Below, in pieces: positions 50,031 to 59,113 of a stretch of 64,000 nt of DNA. The translations under genes and the position numbers were made by a program. Under the pieces are notes generated by a model that had not been told where the DNA came from, made no database searches, and was given only the letters and a program-made list of their open reading frames with translations. Each line of letters starts with the position of its first letter. Position 1 is the first letter of the stretch. Source of the stretch: Parcubacteria group bacterium (GTDB lineage: Bacteria; Patescibacteriota; Patescibacteriia; Buchananbacterales; UBA6539); contig NYZP01000002.1 of assembly GCA_002687175.1 (NCBI GenBank), forward strand, positions 1,171 through 65,170. Reading direction: 5' to 3'.

Positions 50031-50108
50031 AATATAGAATCTGGAATGTGGAATTAGGATAAAAGTCTAATCCCCTATTCCAGATTCCTAATTCCTAATT
50101 CCTATATT
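50031..50108 (+). repeat. Heptamer inverted-repeat hairpin abutting the clpP ATG
   Basis: Left TAGAATC-TGGAATG-TGGAATT, loop GGATAAAAG, right CTATTCC-AGATTCC-TAATTCC-TAATTCC. Confidence 0.85.
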
Positions 50109-50684
50109 ATGCATTTAATACCAACAGTTATCGAAAAATCAAATTACGGTGAGCGAGCCTATGATATCTATTCTCGTCTGCTTAAGGATAGAATTATTTT
50201 TCTAGGTTCACCAATTGACGACGTGGTCGCTAATACGGTTATTGCACAGCTTTTATTTTTAGAAAGCGAAGATGCTAAAAAAGATATTAAGCTTTATGTT
50301 AACAGTCCTGGTGGTTCGGTTACTTCAGGTTTAGCAATTTATGACACTATGGAATATGTTAAACCAGATATCATGACCATCTGTATCGGAACCGCTGCTT
50401 CTATGGGCGCTGTCTTATTAGCGGCTGGAGCTAAAGGAAAAAGAATAGCTTTACCCAATGCCGAAGTAATGCTACATCAGGTAATGGGTGGAGCAGAAGG
50501 TCAAGCCACTGACGTTAAGATTAGAGCGGAACATATTTTAAAAATCAAAGACCGGTTAAATTTGATTTTAGCAAAACATACCAGTCAACCGGTTAAGAAA
50601 ATTGAGGAAGATACAGATAGAGACAATTTTATGAATACCGAGCAAGCTAAAAGTTATGGTTTGGTTGACAAAATTATCAAGTAG
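50109..50684 (+). CDS. clpP: ATP-dependent Clp protease proteolytic subunit
   Basis: [29 protein letters not shown]. Confidence 0.98.
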   Translation: MHLIPTVIEKSNYGERAYDIYSRLLKDRIIFLGSPIDDVVANTVIAQLLFLESEDAKKDIKLYVNSPGGSVTSGLAIYDTMEYVKPDIMTICIGTAASMGAVLLAAGAKGKRIALPNAEVMLHQVMGGAEGQATDVKIRAEHILKIKDRLNLILAKHTSQPVKKIEEDTDRDNFMNTEQAKSYGLVDKIIK

Positions 50685-50717
50685 TGCTAACATTGAATAA
50701 CTTTAACAACTTTAAAA

Positions 50718-51063
50718 TCTATGAACAGGAATAGTAGGTTTTGATCTGTAATAATAGAGAGCCGGGAATGGTGGAAGCCTGGCATTACCACAAAACTGAA
50801 ACGAGCCTGGGAGATGGTTTGGTGAACATTAATTAGCCAAACCCGGCAGCGTCCGTAATCAAGCGTTAACTATTATCGCTTTGTCATTCTGAACTTGATT
50901 CAGGATCTCATTGGACTGAGATAGTGAAAGCGAACAAAATTTACCGTTTACTTGACGGTTTTTTTGTTAATAAAGGTGGTACCGCGGACCTCTTGATTTA
51001 TTTTGAGATAGAATCCCGTCCTTTAGACACAATATTTATTGTGTTTAGAGGGTGGGATTTTTT
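50718..51063 (+). promoter_or_regulatory. T-box riboswitch, predicted Arg (CGA) specifier, with terminator
   Basis: AGTA and AGAGA/GGTGGAA stem I motifs; GAA-A-CGA-G (codon 50802-50804); T-box AAGGTGGTACCGCG near 50973; terminator 51012-51063. Confidence 0.88.
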
Positions 51064-51106
51064 CGTGCCCATATTAATCGTTCTTTTAAATAAGGAGAAG
51101 AGCTTT

Positions 51107-51577
51107 ATGTTTAAAGAAAAGAAAGAAGTGATTGAATTTTGTTCATTAGTTGAGAAAGATATTCCTAAGCTATATAGCCTTATGGAACCTGAGATGCGTC
51201 AAGGGAGACTTTTGCCTAGATCAATTAAAGATATAATTGGTATTACTAAGTCTATTGGTGTTCTAAGGTACAATGGTGTAATTGCCGGAACCATTGGCCT
51301 TGTTCCTTATGGACCTTGGGCTGAAATAATTATGTGGTGGGTCAACGTTAAATATCGAGGACGAAGTTTTAGTTCTCAACTACTTCATGCAGCTATTAAC
51401 GAAGCTAAGACCAAATTATTTGAATCTGTTTTTTTATGCACGACATCAGTTCGAATAAATGATTATTTGTTACTTAATGGTTTTAGTAAGATCCATAAAG
51501 ATAATGTACCCAAGGAGAAGTGGCAGGGCTATCCTGAAGGCAGAGATGCTCAAGTATTTATTACGAGACTTCTTTAG
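51107..51577 (+). CDS. GNAT acetyltransferase resembling the ArgA (N-acetylglutamate synthase) acetyltransferase domain
   Basis: G.LLPRS, AEI, YRGR, VFLCTT, GF; AAGGAG upstream; the longer track ORF only reads through the T-box. Confidence 0.7.
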   Translation: MFKEKKEVIEFCSLVEKDIPKLYSLMEPEMRQGRLLPRSIKDIIGITKSIGVLRYNGVIAGTIGLVPYGPWAEIIMWWVNVKYRGRSFSSQLLHAAINEAKTKLFESVFLCTTSVRINDYLLLNGFSKIHKDNVPKEKWQGYPEGRDAQVFITRLL

Positions 51578-51666
51578 TCTAATTTGAGGAGATTTAAAAC
51601 ACCTCCTCTTTTTCTTGACAAAAAATTTATTTGTGTTAGGATATATTTAACATTAAAAATTCAATA

Positions 51667-51777
51667 GTTATCATGAGTGCTACATGCTAAGGGTAATGGC
51701 CCAAGGGTAGCCGGCAACTCTCTCTAATTTATTTAGAGGTAGGAGTGCTAAATCCATCCCATTCTGGGGAAGATGAC
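51667..51777 (+). promoter_or_regulatory. SAM-I (S-box) riboswitch
   Basis: P1 GTTATC/GATGAC; ATGAG; AGGG..TGGCCC; GGCAACTC...GAGTGCTAAATCC; P4 CCCA-TTC-TGGG. Confidence 0.85.
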
Positions 51778-51781
51778 ATTT

Positions 51782-51810
51782 AAAAAAGCTCTTCGTCGAA
51801 GAGTTTTTTT
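51782..51810 (+). terminator. Terminator of the SAM-I expression platform
   Basis: GCTCTTC-GTC-GAAGAGT followed by T run. Confidence 0.8.
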
Positions 51811-51904
51811 GGTCTAAACGAGCCAATCTTCCCCCAAAGGTTGGCTTTTTTGGATCTTTGTTTAAACTAAGTCTTTTAACCACAACCAATAGGAGGGTTA
51901 TACT

Positions 51905-52120
51905 ATGGTGGTAGGTCCGGTAATGACGTCAGTGCAACCACTATTGAAAGAGAAACATAGACAGGCAATAGAAGCGGGGAAAATTCCTGAGGGTACCCCA
52001 TTTCGTATCAAATCTGTTCCGGCTAAGCCTAATGGAAGGAACTATCATTGCGCTGATCAAAACGGCGAAATAATTCCATGCATTGAACCAGAATGGGGCA
52101 TTCCAACTATTAGTGACTAG
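51905..52120 (+). CDS. Small hypothetical protein downstream of the SAM-I riboswitch
   Basis: AGGAGG upstream; 71 aa; terminator near 52150-52177. Confidence 0.65.
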   Translation: MVVGPVMTSVQPLLKEKHRQAIEAGKIPEGTPFRIKSVPAKPNGRNYHCADQNGEIIPCIEPEWGIPTISD

Positions 52121-52250
52121 CCTAGAAAAGGCAGTGTCACTCAATTTCGGGGACAAGATTTCTTGTTCCCTTTTTTTATTAAAAATGGCTGTCTCTTGCC
52201 AAAAATTAATAAATATGGTAGTGTATCAATGAACATAATAATTAACTGAT

Positions 52251-52479
52251 ATAGAGAATCATTCGATAGGAGATTCACTCAGAATAGGTTTAATTAAGCA
52301 GATTATTGTACTAAAACTCATTTTTCCTAACTATTTATCACCCAGGAATATCAAATTAACTTCAGGAAAAATTAGCTTCAATTACTTGACTGATGTTTTT
52401 AACATCATCTTAAAACATTTGGGTTAATCATTTTTGGTTAGCCAATCTCCTCTACAACTTAGATCGACTTGTTCTCTAT
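52251..52479 (+). ncRNA. Candidate long structured RNA (6S-like or rny leader)
   Basis: Nested long-range pairings ATAGAGAA/TTCTCTAT, TCGAT/ATCGA, AGGAGATT/AATCTCCT; no ORF; promoter candidate upstream. Confidence 0.45.
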
Positions 52480-52499
52480 CTCTTTGGAGATAGAAACGT

Positions 52500-54026
52500 A
52501 TGCAAACAATTTATTGGCTTATAGCGCTATCCTTAGGAATAATTAGTGGGATAGCTTTTGGTTATCAATTAAGAAAAATTTGGGCGGTAAAACGTCGTGA
52601 TACCATTGAAACCAAAGTTGAATCTTTACTTAATGAAGCCAAAGCAAGACAAAAAGAAATTTTGTTACAAGCTAACGACAAGGCTTTGGCAATTTTAGAT
52701 GAGTCTAAACAAGAAGGTAAAGAAAAGCAGCAAGAGTTAGTAAGATCACAACAGCGATTAGAAAAACGTGAAGGTCTTTTTGACCAACGTATCTTAGAAT
52801 TAGAAAATAAAAAGCAAGAATTAGTAGAAAAGGCAGAAAAAGTAGAAGCAGTGAAAGGTGAAATTGTTAAAATTAAAGAAGAGCAGATGGCTAAATTAGA
52901 AAAGGTTGCTAAGTTAACTAAAGAAGAGGCTAAAAATATTCTTCTAGAAAATACTGAAAAGGATATTAAGGACGATTTAGTAGGAAGAATTAAAAAACTT
53001 AACGATCAGTCATCTCTAGAGCTGGATCGTAAGGCTAGAGAATTAATGTCTTTGGCAATTCAGCGTTGCGCCGTGTCCCACGCGGCGGAAAGTACGACTA
53101 CTACTATTGATTTACCCTCAGATGAAATGAAGGGTCGAGTCATTGGTCGTGAAGGACGAAATATTAGAACGATTGAACGTTTAACCGGGGTGGAAATTAT
53201 TGTTGATGACACCCCTAACGCTATCACCGTTTCCGGGTTCTCCCCTATTAGACGGCATGTGGCCAAAAAAGCCTTGGATAAACTAGTGTTAGACGGCAGA
53301 ATTCATCCAGCTAAAATTGAAGATGCTATCGATGAAGCTAAAAAAGAATTGGCTAATGAAATTCAAGAAGCCGGCGAAAATGCTGTGTATGAATTAGGCA
53401 TAACTGGTTTAGATCCTAAATTGGTTCAAATTATTGGTCGGTTAAAATATCGAACAAGTTATGGACAGAATATTTTACAGCATTCAATTGAAATTGCTCA
53501 CCTAAGCACTCTCTTGGCAAAAGATTTGGGGGCTGATGTTACTATCGCCAGAAAGGGTGGATTGATGCATGATATTGGTAAAGCAGTTGACCATGAAGTT
53601 CAAGGGGGACATCCGGAAATTGGGTATGATATCTTAAAGAAATTTGGCGTACAGGAAGAAGTGGCTTACATTGCCAGAGGTCACCACGAGGATAATCCAA
53701 AAACCATTGAAGCTGTTATCGTAAAAGTTGCGGACGCCATTTCTGGTGCTAGACCAGGTGCCCGTAAAGATACTTACGAGCAGTATTTACAACGTCTAGA
53801 AGACCTAGAAAAAGTGGCTAACAGTTTTGACGGTGTTGAAAAAACTTATGCCATTCAAGCTGGCCGAGAAATTAGAATCTTTGTTGTGCCAAGTGAAGTT
53901 GATGATTTAGGAGCTCATAAATTGGCTAAAGAAGTGGTTAAAAAAATAGAAGCTGAATTAAAGTATCCAGGTGAAATTAAAGCAACAGTAATCCGTGAAA
54001 CTAGGATTATTGAATACGCTCGGTAG
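52500..54026 (+). CDS. rny: Ribonuclease Y
   Basis: TM, coiled coil, KH (MKGRVIGREGRNIR), HD (HDIGK), ADAISGARPGAR. Confidence 0.98.
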   Translation: MQTIYWLIALSLGIISGIAFGYQLRKIWAVKRRDTIETKVESLLNEAKARQKEILLQANDKALAILDESKQEGKEKQQELVRSQQRLEKREGLFDQRILELENKKQELVEKAEKVEAVKGEIVKIKEEQMAKLEKVAKLTKEEAKNILLENTEKDIKDDLVGRIKKLNDQSSLELDRKARELMSLAIQRCAVSHAAESTTTTIDLPSDEMKGRVIGREGRNIRTIERLTGVEIIVDDTPNAITVSGFSPIRRHVAKKALDKLVLDGRIHPAKIEDAIDEAKKELANEIQEAGENAVYELGITGLDPKLVQIIGRLKYRTSYGQNILQHSIEIAHLSTLLAKDLGADVTIARKGGLMHDIGKAVDHEVQGGHPEIGYDILKKFGVQEEVAYIARGHHEDNPKTIEAVIVKVADAISGARPGARKDTYEQYLQRLEDLEKVANSFDGVEKTYAIQAGREIRIFVVPSEVDDLGAHKLAKEVVKKIEAELKYPGEIKATVIRETRIIEYAR

Positions 54027-54493
54027 CTAGGTGTTTAGGTTCTTAGGTTTTTAGGGATTACTGCGTAATCAACATAGCGTTTTTATTCATAATAACAATG
54101 AAACGCTATGACAAAACTATTTTCTTATAAGGACTTAATTTATTGGCAACGATCAATGGATTTAGTAGTAGCTATTTATCAGTTAGCCAGCCATTTTCCT
54201 AAAACTGAAATTTATGGATTAGCATCTCAGATGAAACGATCATCAATTTCTATTCCCTCTAACGTTGCCGAAGGTAGAAGGAGAAGTAGCCGAAAAGAGT
54301 ACCGTCATTTTTTAAATATTGCTTATGCTTCTGGAGCAGAATTAGAGACCCAAATTGAGATAGTAAAAAGATTACCCTTTGGAAAAACTTTAAATTTTAA
54401 AATAGCTGATAGTTTGTTAGAAGAAGTAATGAAAATGTTAAATAAAACTTTTTCGACACTTGGCTCTAACAACCTAACAACCTAACAACCTAG
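54027..54493 (+). mobile_element. 8-mer tandem inverted-repeat element carrying the four-helix-bundle gene
   Basis: Arms 54027-54056 and 54464-54493 complementary at 25 of 30 positions; interrupts the rny-ymdB adjacency. Confidence 0.65.
54108..54485 (+). CDS. Four helix bundle protein (23S rRNA IVP-like family)
   Basis: YKDL..WQ, FPKTEIYGLASQMKRSSISIPSNVAEG, FLNIAYASGAELETQ. Confidence 0.94.
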   Translation: MTKLFSYKDLIYWQRSMDLVVAIYQLASHFPKTEIYGLASQMKRSSISIPSNVAEGRRRSSRKEYRHFLNIAYASGAELETQIEIVKRLPFGKTLNFKIADSLLEEVMKMLNKTFSTLGSNNLTT

Positions 54494-54496
54494 ACC

Positions 54497-55291
54497 ATGA
54501 AAATATTGTTTTTTGGTGACATCATCGGCAAGCTTGGTCGTAAAGCTTTCGTCAAGATACTCCCAGAACTTAAACAGGAGTATCAGCCAGATTTAGTTAT
54601 TGCTAATGTAGAAAATTTAGCCCATGGCGCTGGTGTAACAGCCAAAACGCTCAGTGAAATAGTTGAAGCCGGGGCAGATTTTTATACTTCAGGCAACCAT
54701 ATTTTCTCTAAGCCTGAAGCGGAGAGCCTGCTTAATGATCCAGCTTCAAATTTGATTAGGCCGGCTAACTATTTTGCTGATAAACCAGGAAAAGGATTCA
54801 AGGTTATCGAGGTTGGATCAAGATCACTTTTAGTGATTAATTTAATTGGTCAGGTTTTCATGAAAGATGAGGTTGATTCACCATTTGAAAAAATTGATGA
54901 GATTTTATCCGAAGTTGATCATAAAAATTTAGCTGGTATTATCGTTGATTTTCACGCTGAAGCTACCTCGGAAAAAAATGCTTTTGGTCATTATGTTGAT
55001 GGTCGGGTTAGTGCAGTTTTAGGAACACATACCCACATACCCACAGCTGATCAAAAAATATTGTCCAAAGGTACGGCCTACGTTACTGATATTGGTATGG
55101 TTGGTGAGTACGATTCAGTCATTGGAGATAAGAAGGAACCAATTATCGCCAGTTTTTTAGCTGGTGAAAAACCAAAGATTGAAGTTGCTGAAAGTGGTGA
55201 AGCCATAGTCTCGGCCATACTTTTGGAGATTGATCCTGATACCAAAAAGGCAACAGGGATTAGTCGCGTAGACAGAAAAATTAAAGTATAG
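54497..55291 (+). CDS. ymdB: YmdB-family metallophosphoesterase
   Basis: GDIIG..GR, NVEN, GNH, DFHAEATSEK, GTHTH. Confidence 0.93.
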   Translation: MKILFFGDIIGKLGRKAFVKILPELKQEYQPDLVIANVENLAHGAGVTAKTLSEIVEAGADFYTSGNHIFSKPEAESLLNDPASNLIRPANYFADKPGKGFKVIEVGSRSLLVINLIGQVFMKDEVDSPFEKIDEILSEVDHKNLAGIIVDFHAEATSEKNAFGHYVDGRVSAVLGTHTHIPTADQKILSKGTAYVTDIGMVGEYDSVIGDKKEPIIASFLAGEKPKIEVAESGEAIVSAILLEIDPDTKKATGISRVDRKIKV

Positions 55292-55364
55292 TATCATAAG
55301 GTAGTAATATATTTATCAACATTTATAAATTATTAATTGAAACAAAAGAAAGGAGATAACAACA

Positions 55365-55745
55365 ATGAACAAAGCCGAGTTAATAGATGTTATTAGTGAA
55401 AAAGTAGGTATTTCTAAAAAAGAAACTGAGGACGTGTTAGATACTCTAACTAACACTATTATAAAAAAATTACAGGATGGCGAGGAAGTAACACTAACTG
55501 GTTTTGGAGCCTTTTCCGCTCGAACTCGTAAAGGTAGGGTGGGAGTTAATCCACGCAACCCTTCTGAAAAAATAGATATTCCTTCGGTGGTTGTACCTAA
55601 GTTTAAAGCTGGTAAAAATTTGAAAGAGGCTTTAAAGGGTGGTAGCTCAAATAGTAATGAGCCTGAATCAACACCTGAACCAGTAGAAAATTCTGCTCAA
55701 GAATCAGAGTCGACTACTGAAGAAGATTCTAATACTGCAGAATAG
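55365..55745 (+). CDS. HU family DNA-binding protein with acidic tail
   Basis: MNKAELI, GFGAF, R.GVNP, PKFKAGKNLK. Confidence 0.95.
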   Translation: MNKAELIDVISEKVGISKKETEDVLDTLTNTIIKKLQDGEEVTLTGFGAFSARTRKGRVGVNPRNPSEKIDIPSVVVPKFKAGKNLKEALKGGSSNSNEPESTPEPVENSAQESESTTEEDSNTAE

Positions 55746-55869
55746 AATAATAAGCAAACTTTTAAAACAAAAAATCTCTACCCTCGTAGGGGTTTTTTAT
55801 TTTAAGTTAAATGATTGACAAAATTAGGTCAATGTAGTAAAATGCTCTAATCTGAATAATGAATATTTT

Positions 55870-56670
55870 ATGATAAATGACAATAAATTAATTAAAACTC
55901 TTAAGTTAAGCATATTTTTAATGCTTGCTCTTCTAGTGGTTACCGGCTGCGGTCGTGGTAATGGTGATGAAATAGAGGAGGTAGCCAAGAAGCAAGTAAA
56001 AATTCAAACAATCCAAAAGCAAAATCAAGTCACTACTGATTTAACTGTTTCTGGTACTATAATTCCCAAAGAATACACTTTGATCAGAAGTTTAACGCCG
56101 GGCACTGTTGAATATGTTGTGCCAGTTGGTTCACCTGTTTCAGTTGGAGAATCTTTATTCAGAATTCGTGATGAAAATATCGAAAATAATTATTTCAATT
56201 CATTACAAAATTTTAGACAAACTGAGATTTTAGCAAATCAAAGAGTTAATCAAGCAGAGTTAGCATTAAGTAGTACTCAAGCTAGATTTGACTTAGCTCA
56301 AAGAAATTTAGAAACAGCAGTTTTACAAAGTGAACAGAATCTTATCAATGCTCAAGATTCTGCTGTCATTGAGTATAATTCTACTTATAACACTTTGAAT
56401 CAGTTCTTTATTTTTGTCAGTGCTGGTGAATTAACTAATGATGAATTTGTTTATCGTAATGTTGGAACCTCTCAACTAGAACTTAGAGGGAACACCGAAC
56501 TTGCCTATCTGTCAGCAGTAAAGTCATTTTTAAAATTATCAAATTTGGTTAATTTTACTAATATAGACCAATCACTTAATGATATCACCCAAGTTCAGCA
56601 TAAGGCTCCCCTTACGACCGTTTGCTCCCGCTCGAGGCGGGCAAGATTGGCTTTTGGTTATTCTATTTAA
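55870..56670 (+). pseudogene. Probably 3'-truncated efflux membrane-fusion (HlyD/RND adaptor-like) lipoprotein
   Basis: Lipobox VTGC, first lipoyl half-motif and coiled coil only; composition changes near 56600 and the frame ends in unrelated sequence. Confidence 0.6.
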
Positions 56671-57646
56671 TTAAATAAGGTTCACCAAAACAAGGAATCT
56701 TGTAATTATCATAGTCCCAGACCTTGACTGCCTTGCATTTTAAATAAGAGTCAATAATATTATTGACTAGGTTTGGTGTTGCTCCAGGAAAAGAATGAAC
56801 CTCATCCTGAAAAATATTCTCTTGAAGAGTAGGTGAACCATGTAATACAACAACCGCGGCGTGTGAATTTTCAACTTTATTGTTTCTTATAATAGATTTT
56901 CCTCCAACATCAAAACCTTCATGGCCACAGTCTTGGGCTAAATTATTTTCAAATAAACCATTAGAGCCATCGATACTAAAACAGCCCCACATAGCGTGTC
57001 TAATTACACTATCTCTAATAATCATTCCTTTATCAGGTGAAGGAATGGACACTCCGTTACGAGAGTATTCTACTACTACATTTTCTAGAACCGAAGCCTT
57101 ACCAACCAAGTTAATCCCTCCCCAATCTGCATAATGAGGTTCTTTACTATCAGAAGTAAAAATTATTGGTTGTTCTTTTGTGCCTTTAGCAATTAAGGAA
57201 CCAACTACAAAAATACTTGAATGGGAGTCTGCGTATTCTTTTAGTCTAGTAGGGTCGTCATCATTAAAGCCATCAGCCTTAATTTCGATATCAAAACTTG
57301 AAGGCAAACTGTCTTGACCAGCAGCAAATGTTATAATAGTTCCTGGCTCAATCGTGAGAGTTGAAAGAATTATAACATCGCCTGTTATATAGACATCTCT
57401 TGACCAAGTTTGTTTGCCAGTAAAAGTTCCCTTAACATTGGATAAATCTTTTGCCTCTTTTTGGATAGATTTTTTTTCAATTTCCGAAAGAGTATTCCCA
57501 GTAAATTTTGCAACTTGGTTTTGATAAATTTTACTATAAATACCAGTATATACTTTTTTTGTTATAAATATAGCTACAATAATAAATATAACAATAAATA
57601 TAACAACAAAAATTATTATGAAAGGATTTTTCTTCTTTTTTTTCAT
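56663..57646 (-). CDS. Membrane-anchored right-handed parallel beta-helix protein
   Basis: TLTIEPGT, G.LIAKGT..PIIFTS, DWGGI, repeated ..ENN.. strands. Confidence 0.8.
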   Translation of the reverse strand: MKKKKKNPFIIIFVVIFIVIFIIVAIFITKKVYTGIYSKIYQNQVAKFTGNTLSEIEKKSIQKEAKDLSNVKGTFTGKQTWSRDVYITGDVIILSTLTIEPGTIITFAAGQDSLPSSFDIEIKADGFNDDDPTRLKEYADSHSSIFVVGSLIAKGTKEQPIIFTSDSKEPHYADWGGINLVGKASVLENVVVEYSRNGVSIPSPDKGMIIRDSVIRHAMWGCFSIDGSNGLFENNLAQDCGHEGFDVGGKSIIRNNKVENSHAAVVVLHGSPTLQENIFQDEVHSFPGATPNLVNNIIDSYLKCKAVKVWDYDNYKIPCFGEPYLIK

Positions 57647-57695
57647 ACATTCATTTTACCAAAAAACCACCTCTAATACGAGGCGATTTTAAAAG

Positions 57696-57768
57696 TGGGC
57701 GCAGAGGGACTCGAACCCCCGACCATCTCCTTAAGAGGGAGTTGCTCTACCAACTGAGCTATGCACCC
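57696..57768 (-). tRNA. tRNA-Lys(CTT)
   Basis: Cloverleaf on minus strand, loop CT-CTT-AA; CCA not encoded. Confidence 0.94.
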
Positions 57769-57789
57769 CAGTAAATTATAAATGTTAAA

Positions 57790-57865
57790 TGGTGCGCCCG
57801 GCAGGAGTCGAACCTGCAACCCCTTGGTCCGAAGCCAAGTGCTCTATCCATTGAGCTACGGACGC
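57790..57865 (-). tRNA. tRNA-Arg(TCG)
   Basis: Cloverleaf on minus strand, loop CT-TCG-GA, discriminator A, encoded CCA. Confidence 0.95.
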
Positions 57866-57886
57866 ATGTAATCTATTGTAAATTTT

Positions 57887-57975
57887 AGTGCTCCCCACCC
57901 CACACTAAAGTGTGGTTCGGACAGGTATCCTTTGAGCCCTGCCCGACTTGCTTTGCAAGGCGGGTACGGACGCAT
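57887..57975 (-). pseudogene. Relic copy of the tRNA-Arg 5' half with two palindromic insertions
   Basis: AGTGCTC[32 nt]TATCCTTTGAGC[27 nt]TACGGACGCAT versus intact AGTGCTCTATCCATTGAGCTACGGACGCAT (57838-57867). Confidence 0.85.
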
Positions 57976-58050
57976 ATAATAACTTCCCTAAGATAACATA
58001 AATGTAAAAAAAAATCAATCCTACGCCTATAAGATTGATTTTTTCATTTA

Positions 58051-59091
58051 TCAGTTGATCAGTTCTGGATTAGTCATGTGGGACTGAGCAGTTTCTTTAT
58101 TAATCGTACCCTCGTTAAACATATTGATTAAATTTTGATCCATGGTAATCATCCCCTCTTCGGCACTGGTTTGAATGACAGTTTTAATCTGGGCAATTTT
58201 ATTTTCCCGAACCAAGTTAGAAATAGCTGGAATATTAAGCATCACTTCCCTGGTAGCAATTCGTCCGCCTTTGGCTTTAGGAATTAACTGCTGGGAAATA
58301 ACAGCATTTAAGGTCATTGAAACCTGGAGTCTAATTTGTTGTTGTTGATGGGAAGGAAAAATATCTATAATACGGTCAATGGTTTGAGCGGCATTATGAG
58401 TGTGCAAGGTGGCTAAAACTAAATGACCAGTTTCCGCCAAAGTAATGGTGGCAGCGATTGTTTCCAAATTTCTCATCTCACCAACCATAATGACGTTGGG
58501 ATCTTGACGTAGAACATGGATCAGAGCGCTTTGAAAGGTGATCATGTCCGTGTGTAACTGTCGCTGTTTAATAATACTTTTATTTGGTTTAAACAAAAAT
58601 TCAATTGGATCTTCCAGGGTCATAATATGGGCGGAACGGTTGGCATTAATGAAATTAACCATTGCCGCTAAAGTGGTTGATTTACCACAACCAGTTGGAC
58701 CAGTGACCAAAATCAAGCCCTGCTTCATTTCTAACAGTTTATAAGCAATCTCTGGCATTAAAATATCTTCCATCGTTGGAATATTTGAAGAAATAACACG
58801 AGCCACTAAACCGAGATGATCTTTTTCCCAATGGAGATTAACCCTAAACCGATGCCCTGATTTTATTTCATAGGAAAGGTCTAACTCTTTTTCTTTTAAA
58901 TATATTTCTTTTTGTTTATCAGTAAGAATTGGATAAATTAATTCTTCAGCAATTTTTTGGGTAATACTACCCTGACCTTTGATTGGTCCTAGCTTTCCGT
59001 CAATTCTTAAAGTAGGAGACATACCAACGATCAGATGAAGGTCAGAAGCCTTGTTGTCCACGGCAATTTTAAATAAATCGCCTAATTTCAT
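58051..59091 (-). CDS. pilT: Type IV pilus retraction ATPase
   Basis: ASDLHL, GPTGCGKSTT, EDPIEF, LRQDPNVIMVGEMR, AETGHLVLATLH. Confidence 0.95.
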   Translation of the reverse strand: MKLGDLFKIAVDNKASDLHLIVGMSPTLRIDGKLGPIKGQGSITQKIAEELIYPILTDKQKEIYLKEKELDLSYEIKSGHRFRVNLHWEKDHLGLVARVISSNIPTMEDILMPEIAYKLLEMKQGLILVTGPTGCGKSTTLAAMVNFINANRSAHIMTLEDPIEFLFKPNKSIIKQRQLHTDMITFQSALIHVLRQDPNVIMVGEMRNLETIAATITLAETGHLVLATLHTHNAAQTIDRIIDIFPSHQQQQIRLQVSMTLNAVISQQLIPKAKGGRIATREVMLNIPAISNLVRENKIAQIKTVIQTSAEEGMITMDQNLINMFNEGTINKETAQSHMTNPELIN

Positions 59092-59113
59092 AGGATTAAA
59101 TATTTAAAATAAA

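Noticed and set aside
50924-51106. N-terminal 61 codons of the 217-aa track ORF
   Set aside because: They overlap the T-box antiterminator and terminator; an SD-led ATG is at 51107.
54108-54485. Diversity-generating retroelement (Avd-like gene)
   Set aside because: No reverse transcriptase and no template/variable repeat pair seen in the window.
56989-56998. ACATAGCGT resembling the start-locking motif
   Set aside because: Inside a coding region with no partner half; treated as chance.
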